A stretch of 64,000 nt of DNA from Macrostomum lignano (taxonomy: Eukaryota). The stretch is from assembly GCA_002269645.1 (NCBI GenBank), contig NIVC01001279.1, positions 248,001 through 312,000 of the forward strand. The letters are read 5' to 3'. The notes under the pieces were generated by a model. That model was not told the DNA's origin, did not search any database, and saw nothing but the letters and a program-made list of their open reading frames with translations. Below, piece by piece: positions 49,501 to 61,592 of the stretch. The number at the start of each line of letters is the position of its first letter. Within the stretch, counting starts at the first letter, position 1. The position numbers were made by a program, and so were the translations under genes.

Positions 49501-52500
49501 ATGTCCTAACTACAACGAGAAGCAGTACTACAGCTTTTCACTAGCTACTCTCAGTATAGAAAATGTCTATATTTAAACAGGCGTGCGTCATGCAAGTGAA
49601 GCAAGTGCAATATTATATAGCTACTGAATTTCTAATGCCCAGCCTGAAGAAATATCGTTCTGTAGAAACTTTTCAGCTGTTGGAGGCCAGACTTTAGTTG
49701 GCTTCTACGAGACATTTTCCCTTCCTCTCGTGGGGTTTAAAGTGAGAACTATTTCTGTGCAGAGTGAGTCAAGTAGGAAGTCCCAAGTGCATGGTTTTAT
49801 TAGTAAAACTGAAAGCCTGTCAAAATTTACAGTTTAACCGACGAGGGCTGGGTAGGTTCTGGCACTCTATTCAAACAAAACCAACTCGCAAAGTCAACGA
49901 CTGACTCTATGAGTTCTGGGATATTTCCTGCTTCTTCCCATATCTAAAGTCTAAGTCAATATCGCATGTATGTGTTTAAGTACTGCACTGGGACCTGAAG
50001 TGAATTCCATGAAAAAGTAGGTCTAGCTATATATCCGAAAAGTCTTTTTTCTGCTTGAAGTGCATCTAGCAGACACAAGAAAGCAAGTGAATGACCCTGG
50101 AAGTGAATCGCACAAAAAGCAGCTCAAATCCTCGCAGCAGTGCCCAAAACTTTTCTAACCAACCAATTAATGCAACGTCCAAAGCTATTTGATAACCTCC
50201 GGGATCCGTTGAAAAATGGATTTGAGCTGTGACCCCCTCATTGCTGACATATGTTGGTACGCATTCACTTTTCACTTCTAATTCATTACTCGCAGCAATT
50301 CGACACTCTGCTAGCCGAGGTGGCCGACATCGCGGACCGGGCCCCGGCAGCTCTGGACAGTCTGGCCAGATTGAAAGACAATCAGTCGGAGAATGGCGGC
50401 GAGGCCGGCGAGGCCTCGCTACAAGAGTCTGCGCACGGCATGCAGGACCAATTCCAGCGGGTCACGGCGTCGCTCGGCTTGGAAGCAACTTCGGAGAGAG
50501 TGGCTCAGCTACTGGCAGCCTGCAAGGAGCCAGCGAATCACCCGGAGACGAGAGCTCTCGCTGGGAACAGTTTGCTTCGGCCGTATATCGAACGGCTGGA
50601 AAGATTACAGGCTAGACTCGACGAACTGCGCCAGCTGTTGCAGGATAAGTGGAAGCAGGCTGAAACCGGCTTGTTGGTTGATGGTCGATTGGGAGACTAC
50701 AGAAGGTCCGTCCTCGAGCTGGGCGACTGGCTGGATCGATGGAGCAAGGAGGTGGCCAAGAGAGTGGACACTCGTTCAATTGCAAATCAACAAATGGCCG
50801 AGGATGCCAGAGAGAAAATGCGGATACAGGTAACGTTATCTATCTGGCCTAATGCGTCTCTTAAAGCTGTTTTAGCTAATGATAATATTACTCATTGTGG
50901 CGGCCAGACTCCGCGACCGGCAGCACCAGTGCAGCCGCACTGGAAACCCCCCCCCCAACCTCTGTCTAGCTGAGGTGGGGTGGCGGCGCACCGCGCTAGC
51001 CGGCTCGCTAAGCCAGGGGGGTTGGCGTAGCCAATCACGCCACGCCACATGTGCGCACCTCCCTTGGCCCAATAATCTCGCGCTGTTTTCACTTGTATAA
51101 ATATACGCGCAATGCAGTGCAAAATCTTCGCTGCCATTCCATCTATTGAAACAAAAGGCCTTCCGCCTCATCATCAATATTAATTAAATCAAGAATTTCC
51201 TTGCATCTATGCTACCTGTTTCTCTGCGCATGTTCCAACCACACATGGACAACTACATGTAGCTTTTGACCTTTTTACATGTACAGTCATTGTGCTAGTT
51301 TCTTAAGGACAATGATGTCTTTAGCCCTGAAAGACCTAGCCTAAGATATCAGCACCCCCTGTGAGCTTTGGTATTGAAGCTATGGCTTAACTATAACTCT
51401 TTCTTTGATGCTTGGGCTACCAAAAGCTCCTAATTGACCCTTGGCAACTCAGCAATTTCCAGCAAGCATGAGCCTTGACAGATTGATTTCGAATTTGTGT
51501 CTACGAGATCGCATTATTCGGTTACTTAAAATTGTCAGTTGTTTTATTCGCTCACAACGCAATGTTCCCCCGTTCCAAAAAACGATTCTCTTTTATCTAC
51601 ATGCACATCTATGCCCTGTTGATATCGTTGCCACAGGTGCTGGAACCGTCTGCCTCTAAACTTGCCGAATGCCGCACTCTGACTGGCAGACTTCGCCGAC
51701 TGTTGGCAGCACTACCGCCCAGCGGGGTCGGCGGCGAGCCGCACGAAGCGGCGCAACTTGCCGACGAATTGGAAGCCAAACTGAAGAATTTCAACGAGCG
51801 GATAAAATTGGCTAGCGAACAGCTGATCAGGATTTGCGCCTTCTTCGGCGGCTGCGCAGAGGTAAGGCGCTGTGTAGACATCGGACTTATATTTGCTTAG
51901 AGCACCTCGCCTCCACTGCGTGCGTCACCACGCTTCCTCGCCTCCACTGCATACGTTAAATAGAGAAATGTCAATGATGCTTGTAGAGCAATTCGACGTT
52001 CCCGGTGTCTATTGACGTCGATGACAAATATGTACTTTTATATTGCACCGACGTTCAGCCGACATATGACGTCATCACCCATCGATTTAATATGCAATTT
52101 TAAATTACACCGACGTTTACTTGAAGTATGACGTCGTTATACGTCGCTGTAGAACAGAAGCACAGACGCAACGCGCTGTAAAAAATACGTATACTTTTAC
52201 ATTACACCGACGTCTATCGACGTCTCTGAAAAAGTATGTACTTTTAAATTTACATCGACGGATAGCTATACGTCGTCACCAACGTCGGATTGCTTTACGG
52301 GTCAGACGCTAGCCAGTGGCATGTTTTATTCTCTACTTTGGTTGATGTGGCTAGCCCCAGGCTTCCAGGCTTCCAGTTTCTACAACTTGTTTCAATATAA
52401 TTACGATTCAAATTCAAAAGCTTTGAAAGCGAGCTAAAAAACTCGAGAAATAAAATTCGCAATCAATTCCAGATGCTGAAATGGTACCGTCGCTGCATGC

Positions 52501-54490
52501 GTAAGCTGCCTCTGGATCTGCTGCGGCCAGCGAGTCACAGCCGTTTGCAAGCAAGCGATTCGCTACCAATAGCCAGCAAATGGCCTCCAGTAGCGAAAGC
52601 CTTTCTAAAGCAGCATCCATGCCCGACCAGTGCGCAAGTTGACGACATTACGGAGTCCATGGCACTGATTGACAATTCCGAGATTCGTCAGGAAGCTCAG
52701 CTGCTATTGTACAGGTGCGGAGATTTCTAGAGCAGCAGATAGCGCTGTTAAGAAGCAGTAATAACAATCAAAGCAGGCTGAGGAACCTACTTCGATGGTG
52801 TTTAGTTTAGTGTATGACTGTGAAGGTACCTGTTTTTGGGTACTTTTTGGGTACTTTTTGGGTCAAATGGGTACTAATATTAGCTGGGGGTAATTGAGGG
52901 TGTGTGGCGACCCCCCGGTCCTTAGAATGAACAACCGTAAGCAGCCTTCAGATGCGCCGCACAATAGCTGCGGCCGAGCTGTCGGTCGCACATATCCCGA
53001 ATAGAATCATAGGAGAACCAGTTTTTTTTATTCCCTTACAAAAACTTATACTATGCCCGTGCATGAATCCAACCCACAGAACCAACCTGCTGCGAAAACT
53101 TCTCTCAGTTGATCAAACAAAAAGCAATGAGGCTATCAGCGTCGGAGAATATCGCGAGCTACTCGATAGTCGCGAACGTCAAGCGGAACCCGATGGAGAT
53201 CCGGCGTTCGCGGCCCTGGAGCCCAGCCAGAGCCTGGCCGGGTCCAGCGACGAAGAAGAGTTTGAAGCGTCCCCGGCAGTGCCCCTGAAAGCTGCCGGCA
53301 GCAGTTTTCAGTTTCCACCGGAACGAGAGCAACTGTCAGACCGCGATCAGCTTCAACGCGGTGGAGGCGGCGGCCGCTTCCGACGCCGGACAGATCGCTC
53401 GATGGCCTCGAGCAGTCGGAGCGGGACGGAAATCATTGAGGTCATACCGCAGCCGATTGTCATCAATCATAGACTGATGATGTCTCGACCACCGGCTCGC
53501 GGCGTCGACCCATTCGACGAGGACGGGCGTCCACCTGCTAGGAAAGAGGCGGCCGAAGATGCAATCTCGAGACAGGCAGTCACTACACTCGAATCGCTAC
53601 CCAAAGAGGAGACTGTCCGGCGATACCTTGAGAACATGGTCACCCCACCGCCGCCTCTGACAGCCACCACCGAAGATTCGCTAGGCAGCGGTTCTCGTAC
53701 AGGTCGGTCACTTTCAAATCTGGTCGGCGAGCTAAGAGAGCTCAAAGACGCTCTGTTCTACGGCGGCAATCGGGGCTCGGCAGAGCGCCGAGGAAGGCGC
53801 GCCCCTCAGCAGCATCGGCAACCGCAGCAGAAACAACAGCGTCTGCCGGCGGCAATGTCAGGAGAGCTGCTCCGCAGTCGGTCAGAGCAGAATCTCGCGA
53901 GCCAGCCCGTCGGCGGTGCGGGTCACACTGCCGGCGATCCAATGGGTCGGAGGCAGCACCAGCTGTTGCTTCTTCAGCTAGACGAACCGCCAGCTAGACG
54001 CGGCGTTGCCTATCCAGTTGAATTGGTTGACATAGAAAAAATCATTGACGATATTCATGACATCGCGTCGGATCGGTATCGCAAGCCGGAAAATCAGCAT
54101 TCGAAGCAGAGCCTGCATGCAAGCCGACATCGTTTGATCAGCGCCGAGACTGCAGGAGCTAGTAGTTATTCTATGTCCAGAATGAGCGACATCGACCCCG
54201 TGACAGGAGACTATTCGCTAGACAATCTGGTCGACGAGGAAGAGTTCACTAGGGAGCTGCGCCCATCGCGTCACTCGGACAACTTCCTGTTGCTGGGTTC
54301 GCCGGACGGTCGCCCCACTGCCGGGCGATCGAACAGCCCTCGATCGGTGCTGCTGATGTCTCCTCCGCCTCCGCCGTCGATACCGGAGGAGGCGGGCGGG
54401 GCTGCCGAAGCAGCCGCAGCAGCTGAACTGTCGCGCTGGCGTCGCAGAGATAATCGAGTTTGGCTGCACAACACGTATAAAAATTTCTGA
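46573..54490 (+). CDS. Six-exon CRAL-TRIO(SEC14) + spectrin-repeat protein (SESTD1/Trio/MCF2L N-terminus-like), ~1022 aa
   Basis: Exons 46573-46956, 48384-48539, 48634-48750, 50296-50829, 51637-51861, 52473-52714, 53080-54490 are all bounded by AG/GT with compatible phases (0,0,0,0,0,2). This is seven segments if the last two are counted separately. Motifs: GFVHFTGGIDTGSRPVVCFP, LAFLADFR, NLMPDFGGTLNYDHQAWM (SEC14), and helical spectrin-like blocks with LGDWL and MLKWY. Confidence 0.85.
47025..47790 (+). repeat. Degenerate tttagg(g)t-rich repeat in intron 1, split by a ~330-bp insertion
   Basis: Repeat blocks at ~47025-47245 and ~47590-47790. Confidence 0.6.
48865..49350 (+). repeat. 15-bp minisatellite (gtgctaaagcccctg) in intron 3
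   Basis: Direct reading. 5-aa periodic translation. Confidence 0.93.
50896..51049. mobile_element. Probable solo LTR (154 bp) in intron 4
   Basis: TGTGGCG...CGCCACA termini. Shares tggggtggcggc and agccaatca with the LTR at 17526-17683. No TSD found. Confidence 0.45.
51980..52301. mobile_element. Small non-autonomous TIR element (CMC/EnSpm-like MITE) in intron 5
   Basis: gtagagcaattcgacgtt (51983-52000) and aacgtcggattgctttac (~52281-52298) are inverted repeats (16/18). The right end reads CCCGTAAAGC on the minus strand, with many internal cgacgt motifs. Confidence 0.55.
52865..52998 (+). mobile_element. 5'-truncated copy of the CORE-like SINE in the last intron
   Basis: attagctgggggtaattgagggtgtgtggcgacccccc...agccttcagatgcgc...gagctgtcggtcgcacat aligns with 20515-20637. 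Confidence 0.85.
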
Positions 54491-57400
54491 TTTACATGTC
54501 CTGTACCAGCGTATGGCTGCATGTGTGAGATTTGGGAAGATTCTTCTTGAACCGGTTTGTTTGATGTTTTATTTATTTCTTTCAATTCTACTATAATTCT
54601 AAGTTTTTTCATGTGACGTGTACATTTTACCTCAATGCTGCATGTACGGTTACGTGTAAATCTGTAAATCTATCGTAAAATTAATTACCTGTAGACATTC
54701 GCGATCATGAAAATGCAGAAAATATTATACTCGTAATCCTCGAGTAACTGTTGTACTTTTTAACCAACAAAAGAGTTATAAATTAAGGAGAAATATAATT
54801 AGTTATCTATACTGACGCCACGTACAAGGTTTGCTCAAAAGTAGCTGATATAGAAATTACTATCTTGCTTCTTTCCAGAAGCTGTTGTTAATCTCGTTGA
54901 GCATTAATGCTTTTCCTTTGTTCGACCGCTTTGATGACAGCTTTGAGGCGTCACCCATTCCACCAATCCTTGAAGGGCCTGCGTGGAGCGTAAGAATACT
55001 TAGAAGACTACTTATTACCTGGAGGGCTTACGGTTGCTTAGGTCTAATTCTTTGATGATCACGGACAGGGAGGTCCTCGGGTCCTTCCTGTGGCGCTCTG
55101 TTGGGATGTCACGTAAGTAATGCTTAATTAGGCTCGCCTGGATCCGGGGGTGGATGTTCTTAGATTAACCCCTAGACTGCGCTGATGAGTTCATGCCATA
55201 GACACAGTTTGCGGCTTGGCCTGCCCTGCAGTCTTGGGGTTAAAGACCTGATCAATTTGTCGGCTCGAACTCAAGATTATGAAGCCAAATCTTCAACGAT
55301 ACAGTTTGGCAAATGCAAGTTACATTTCTTGGACTTTTCCTATCTATAAATACACTAGAATTGGCAAAAAATCGCTTTGAATAGCTCCGAAACTAGTTCG
55401 ATACAGTAGAGACATGGTTCTCTCTATGACATCGACAATTAGCGCTCCATTGACTTTGTCGTAAAATTGTGATTGAATGCTAATGCAAATTAAGTAATTT
55501 TAATTCAGTTCACTTAATTGAAATAACTTGATTTCAACGTAAACGTTTTTCTTGTTTGTCTTGTATTTTGTGGCCGCTTTAGAGGCTTGTCATGGAGGAT
55601 TCATCATTGGGCGGGGATGTGGTGGGGAACAGTGGAGGGGTATGGGGACAAAAAATTAATGAGCTATCTTAGATAGTGCTAGATTTTCCGCGGGTGATTT
55701 AATAGATTGCTTGCTTCTTCCCGTGGCCCCAAACTGTACATGTACATTTAGAGCTCAGCATTAAATCAGCATACATGTAGTTCTCTGAAAACAAAGAATT
55801 ATGGAGCGTATTTTTCTACCCTTGACGATCTTTACACATAGCTCCACAAGCTCAATAGAGTTCCTGTGCGAATGGCAATGACTTCAAATGCTAAATTTTT
55901 TTTGCTTGGGTGTGCGAGACAATTCGTCTGATAAATTAGATGCGCACTCCAAAACAGGCAGAGCCATTTTTAGGATCAGTGTACCAGTGAAAGAATACAT
56001 GTATCTCAATCCTAGTATTGAGTGTCAATGGTCGTATATGTGTAGCCATAAAGTATTGAACATTCCCGGACTTTCTGATCAAGCGCCTTTAATTTTATAC
56101 AGAACGCGACACATGGTATTAGTACAATTTTTTAGGGCGGGGTGGAATTTTATTTAGGCATATGAGGGCAATTAAATCCGTCTAGTCTATTTTTCTATTT
56201 CTGCTGAAAGAAGCACTAGCCTAGTCTCTCTCAGCCCACGAGAATAGAGCAGAAAATGAACATAACAGAACGGAACAGAACAGAACTCTTTTACGATAAA
56301 GAATAAACACCAACAGCGAAAAAAGTCAAGTTGAAAACTCACTGACAATAATTTATTGTTCGTATATAAACTTTTGCCATATAATACTGAATTAAACTTT
56401 TAGTTTTTGTTTCACTGTTAAAAAGCGCGCATTTACAATTTAAACGCGTGAAAGAATAGTTTTCGTGCAAACTACACTAATAGAATAGAATATAACTTAC
56501 ATGTCTGTATAATCTTTTGTAAGTAACTGTAATCATGATTAAATAGCTAGTCTTTAACTTTAGTGTCTTTCGATTCGAATGAATTAGTTTACAACCATAT
56601 ATTATATTGCTTTTCAATATTGTCACATTTAGGTTTGCATTGGATTGGTGTGACTGTGATGTGATTTCATTTATAAAAATTTTCAAAACAACAGGCAACA
56701 GTTGGTTTCATTTTATGTCACAAACTGGGTGCTTTTCACTAGATTTATAGCCTAAAACTCTGGACCTGTATTTAAAAAATCTCTTAGTTCACTCTTGCAA
56801 TTTGCTCGTACAGTTGCATCTGCACCACTATCCTGATATAGGGCCTATTTAATTAATTGCTTTTGTTTTCAATGGACTAATTAATTTAAGTGCTTTTAAT
56901 TACTTTGAATTGTCATCAATAAAAATGGTATGTTTTACTATTATCTAAATATACTATATATATAATGTATTCAGTGTAAGGATACTCTAGCCCAGGTCCT
57001 ATTGGCAGTATTGCATAGACATTTTTATGCATCATCATGAAATTATTATTTTTGAAAGTATGGGCAATACCTAGCTGACCTAGCCAATATGACTAGTAGA
57101 TAAAGTAGCCAATAGCCAATAGGTATATAACAAAACTGGTCAAAAAGGCATTTAAACTATTAAGGGACAAGTCAAAAACTTAAGTTTATAAGACAAAAAA
57201 ATATAGAAATAAGAAAACTTACCTAAGTGATTGAAAAACATAAATATAAAGATAAGATTAGCATTAAATAGCTTAAGCCAAAGAGGGAAAATATTCAAAT
57301 TTTATGTAAAGCATAGCTATGTTCTAAAAAGGCTCTCTAGATACATGTATGACATTGTATTTTCATAGAAAACTACATCATACTAGTTAGGTAAAACTCA

Positions 57401-60224
57401 GGTTATAGTTACAGAAGCAAAAACTAAGAAATCTAAAAAATCCAAAACCCTTGTTAGGCCTATAAGGATTTTTTTGAAATTATCCTATGGTTATTAACAA
57501 CTAGATAGTTGCCTTTGCATTTGGGTAAAATATTACTTTTGAAGTTCTGTTTGTTGTATATATATGCTAGCTTTAATTTTTTAATGTATTTATTGTTGCT
57601 ATCTATAGTTCAAAGATCATGTGGTATTTAGTTAGGCTCAAAATGCATATACACATGTCTTTAGGCCCTAGTCATTATTTTTTATACTAAGAAAAATACC
57701 AGAACTAGAAATTCTGTGTATACTTAATTTACATGGCTGAATATTACTGTTTATTGTATCGCTTTAATAAACCCTTAAAAAGGTTTTAGTCTAAGTGATA
57801 ATTTATATCTAATCAAAATTATGACTATTGACTTGACTTCACTGATAAAAACACAAAATTCATCAATAATATATATGGGCCCTGATGAAAAAAAACTTAT
57901 TCAGTATTAATAAGACAAGATTTATTTTTATATAGTTTTAGATTTGGTTTTTTACTTATTTTGTTTTTTTAGTTATATTTGTAGTTTCTCTAGGCCCTTT
58001 GCATGGGAAATAAAAATATAAATCTTGACTTTATTTCTTATACGACCCTAATAACTTAATGTGCATAAGGAATAAAAATTCTATATTGCTTGAGTCCCTA
58101 GGTCTATTCTTAGGACTTATTAAGAGTTCCCCCTTTAAAAGCATTAAAACTAATATTCATTTTTTATTATTCTACACCTTTCTAACCATTAATCAAGGGT
58201 CTCCAATGATCTTTTAAATCTTTTCAGGTCCTAAATAGCTAATATTACTAGATATTTTAGGAACTATATATGAGAAATATGTATTCCTATAACTATATAT
58301 GTATATTTTATCTAAAAACCCTTATGTCCATAAATTCCCATGACCATATTTGTAACTATGGTAGAACTCTATTTTATTTCTATTAAAATGCAATGCTTAT
58401 ATTTTCTTACCTTTAAGCCCTTGTAACTAAGACTTAAGATTTTACCATTTTGAAGATTTATAGGGCTATTCAATAGTATTTTGTTACTTTTTTTACTTTG
58501 GCAAATGAAGCTGATTACTTTATAAAAAAACAATCAATAAGGAAAAAGTTGTTTAATTTCATGAAAATTTATATGTAAACTTTACATGTAACTGCTTGTT
58601 ACTTACAGTAGAGTGTTAAGTATTTTCTGGATGACAATTCACTCTGTATATTGTTGACTTTTCCAGTTTTGGATAAAATTTAAGCGTGCATATAGCAAAT
58701 GCTCAAATGAGATAGAGATATGATTCTTTTTGTGCTAGACACTGACTAGCCAAATATAACTATTTGTTGAAAATCAAGTCTCAGTGTACTGATACAGCTT
58801 GGGAAATCTAGATTTTTTCCTGATTTCCTCTGTCCTACATGTACTCATATTTTTCTAGAATTCTTTCAGAACTTTAAGACATACTCATAAACCAGAAATT
58901 TGACAAAACAGGAAATTGTTTTAGCAATCTTCTTAATGTCAATCGCCTACTGTCAGTAGCATTTTTAGAAACATTATTGGTCGCGAATTTTTTTCGATAA
59001 TATGTTTTTTTAGACACAAAAGATGTTTGAGTCCTAAAAATTGTTCGGCAGATAAAAATTTAGACAAAAGAACAGGAAATTATTAATAATAGACACCTTA
59101 AATAATAAAAAAACGTGCTTTTAAACACAGTGTACTCCACTATCCGCCCTTTTGATAATAAGTAGTACAGTAAAAATTCTGAAAAACTCGGCGTCGAGGT
59201 TCGATGTTCTGGCGCCCAGCGCCATATGTTGGACCGCGGGCGCCAGTGCTCCACTGGGATATTATGTAGATACTGTACCTGAACTGCCCCTGTTCTGCTC
59301 ATATAAGTGCTTTAAGTGCTCATATACAATTTCCACCCCATTGCCACAGGTCCATATATTGTGCATTGGCTCTTGGACTTGAACTAGCTAGAGAACGCTT
59401 TTTGCCCTTTTCTAGTGGCTGGATTAACTGTTGACTTTTCTGCATCTTTCAATTTTTCGTCTTTCATCCTGACTCTTTGACTGATCGAATCATTCTGGCT
59501 TACATTTTGACGTCGTTTAGGATCACTTGGAGGAGGCTTTATTTAACCCGGAGCTGTAGCTAACTCAAATTTCATGCGAATTTACTCGCTCAGCTATATG
59601 CTACTCTGCAATTTCGCATTGAGTTCGCTTTTGTTTGTTCTAGCCCTCATCGTATTTCCAGCTTGTAGTTTTTTATCTATTATCTCATTTAGATAGGTGG
59701 ATTTTTGACTTGCTGATGGCATTGGCATCTCACGTGACTATTGTTTCTCAGCCGCTTACTGCAGCCTATTATTGGCTTATAGTTACTTGTTATTACTTTC
59801 ATTCAATAGCTTGATTTGTGAAACGTTCTGCTATAGTTTAGGCATGCAAATGTCTAAAAAAATGCTAGAACACGAATTTGCTCTTGATTTGTCATGCAAA
59901 CGGTTATCGTTGACACTGTCGTCATTCTTTAGGCATTTGTCAATCTGCTTTATATTCTGCAGTCTGTAATTTGAATCAGGGCATTATACCACGTGAAAGT
60001 ATTTGGATTTCTGGATATAGTACAAAGCTGTTGCAACTTCCGAGATATTTTTACTTTATAATGCATATACAAAGTAGTAACATGCAAAGCAACGTTTTTA
60101 GTAAAGTTGTGACGAGAATTGGTATTTACGCTTACGCTTAAAGCAACTCATCGTCAATTTAGTATTCATCAGCTGAGTATAAATGTATTAACGGTTATTC
60201 AAAAGTACGATCTATCGGCATAAC

Positions 60225-61592
60225 TTATTCCTTGTCCTCATTTTCATCATCAATAGACTCAGGAGCTGCTAACAGTTGATGCACGGGTGTTAGCTCAAAG
60301 CTCTGCGTGTTGCTACTTCCGTCTCTTTGCACTTGCAGATGCAGCTGTTGCTGCTGTCCCGTGTTTTTAGGATAACTGCAGCATCGGCTGTTGATGCGCT
60401 GAAACTCGTCCTCAGCCCCAGCATCCGAATCCGATTCAGAATTCGATGATGAACCATCGTTATAATCGTGATCTTCGGCGATCTGCTCCGCCTCTCGGGA
60501 TCTGCAATTGTTGGCGCTTAGATCGTTGAAATCCTCTTCGCTGACTAGAGGAATGGCCATGGGATGATTGGCTTGTCGCAGTTCTGACGGCGGGTGCGAA
60601 TGGTTGGCCTTGCTAGCACGCCGGGCCAGTTTCTGATCGACGCTGCCAGCTGGTTGAGCTCCCCAAATCCGTCGCCAGTAGCACAGAACTAAACGGTATC
60701 CATCGGCAAAGTTTCTGTTTAGTATGCCGTAAATAATCCAGTTGTCACAGGCGCTTGATATGCTAAATATGCCAAGGTAGCGATGAATCTGAGGATTGTA
60801 TTGAAAGCTTGGATCAACGCCGAATAAAATCATTACCGGTAGCCAGTGAAGAAAGAATGACACTAGTGATATAAAGAGCGGCAGCGTTGCACGTCTTTCG
60901 CGGCTCAGTTTTCTGGCCAGAAAAGCGGCATTGGCGGCTCCCATGTGCTGTTGCAAGTTTCGTCTTGTGCGCCTGAGTACGGAAAAAATCAATGCGTAGC
61001 AGGCGATGCAGACTACCACACAAGGCAAGAAGCACAGGACATTGATGTACACGGCAATTGCAATTGGGTGTTTAGTGTAGTTTAAGTGGCAGACGTCGAT
61101 CACCTGATTGTAGTTGTATTGGAATAGCTGAGTGCCTGATGGCAGTGCCACTTGTATCACACTATATGTCCACAGTCCGATGCACCAAAGTGCGCTTCGC
61201 TTGTGTCTGAACAGTTGCACGACCAGGTGAGACTTACAGATAACAATGTAGCGAGTGAGTGCTATCAAAGCGCTAAAGTTGACAGTAGCGGCGCAGCTAA
61301 AGAACAGTGCAATACTGAACAATTTGCACCAGGGGCTGTTTGGCATGCCGGGTTGGTGCCATAGCATTCGAATTGAACCCGGGGCGACTAAACCGGCCAA
61401 GAACAGGTCGGCTGCAGCGAGGTTCGCTACAAAGAGCGAAGTGACATTTTTCATCTTCTTGTGTACTATCACGCAGATTATGATGAGACTGTTGCCAAAA
61501 ACGCCGATAACTGAGAGAGCTATTAGCAGGGCCATGTCTAATGCCATATCGCTTTTGCTGTAGTTTATCTTAGTTGTTTGGTTGTCTGGCAT
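60225..61592 (-). CDS. Intronless rhodopsin-class GPCR, Tre1/moody/melatonin-receptor-like, 455 aa
   Basis: GVFGNSLII (TM1), FVANLAAADL (TM2), CK...IALTRYIVIC (TM3), FFLHWLP (TM6), DNWIIYGILNRNF (TM7). Long acidic C-terminal tail. Confidence 0.92.
   Translation of the reverse strand: MPDNQTTKINYSKSDMALDMALLIALSVIGVFGNSLIIICVIVHKKMKNVTSLFVANLAAADLFLAGLVAPGSIRMLWHQPGMPNSPWCKLFSIALFFSCAATVNFSALIALTRYIVICKSHLVVQLFRHKRSALWCIGLWTYSVIQVALPSGTQLFQYNYNQVIDVCHLNYTKHPIAIAVYINVLCFLPCVVVCIACYALIFSVLRRTRRNLQQHMGAANAAFLARKLSRERRATLPLFISLVSFFLHWLPVMILFGVDPSFQYNPQIHRYLGIFSISSACDNWIIYGILNRNFADGYRLVLCYWRRIWGAQPAGSVDQKLARRASKANHSHPPSELRQANHPMAIPLVSEEDFNDLSANNCRSREAEQIAEDHDYNDGSSSNSESDSDAGAEDEFQRINSRCCSYPKNTGQQQQLHLQVQRDGSSNTQSFELTPVHQLLAAPESIDDENEDKE

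Noticed and set aside
52952-53079. N-terminus of the 512-aa ORF as a gene start
   Set aside because: It overlaps a truncated SINE. A phase-compatible acceptor at 53077-53079 makes this stretch intronic.
59164-59279. Mini Tc1/pogo element bounded by tacagta...tactgta
   Set aside because: The inverted match is only 7 bp and this 7-mer is not enriched above chance in the window.
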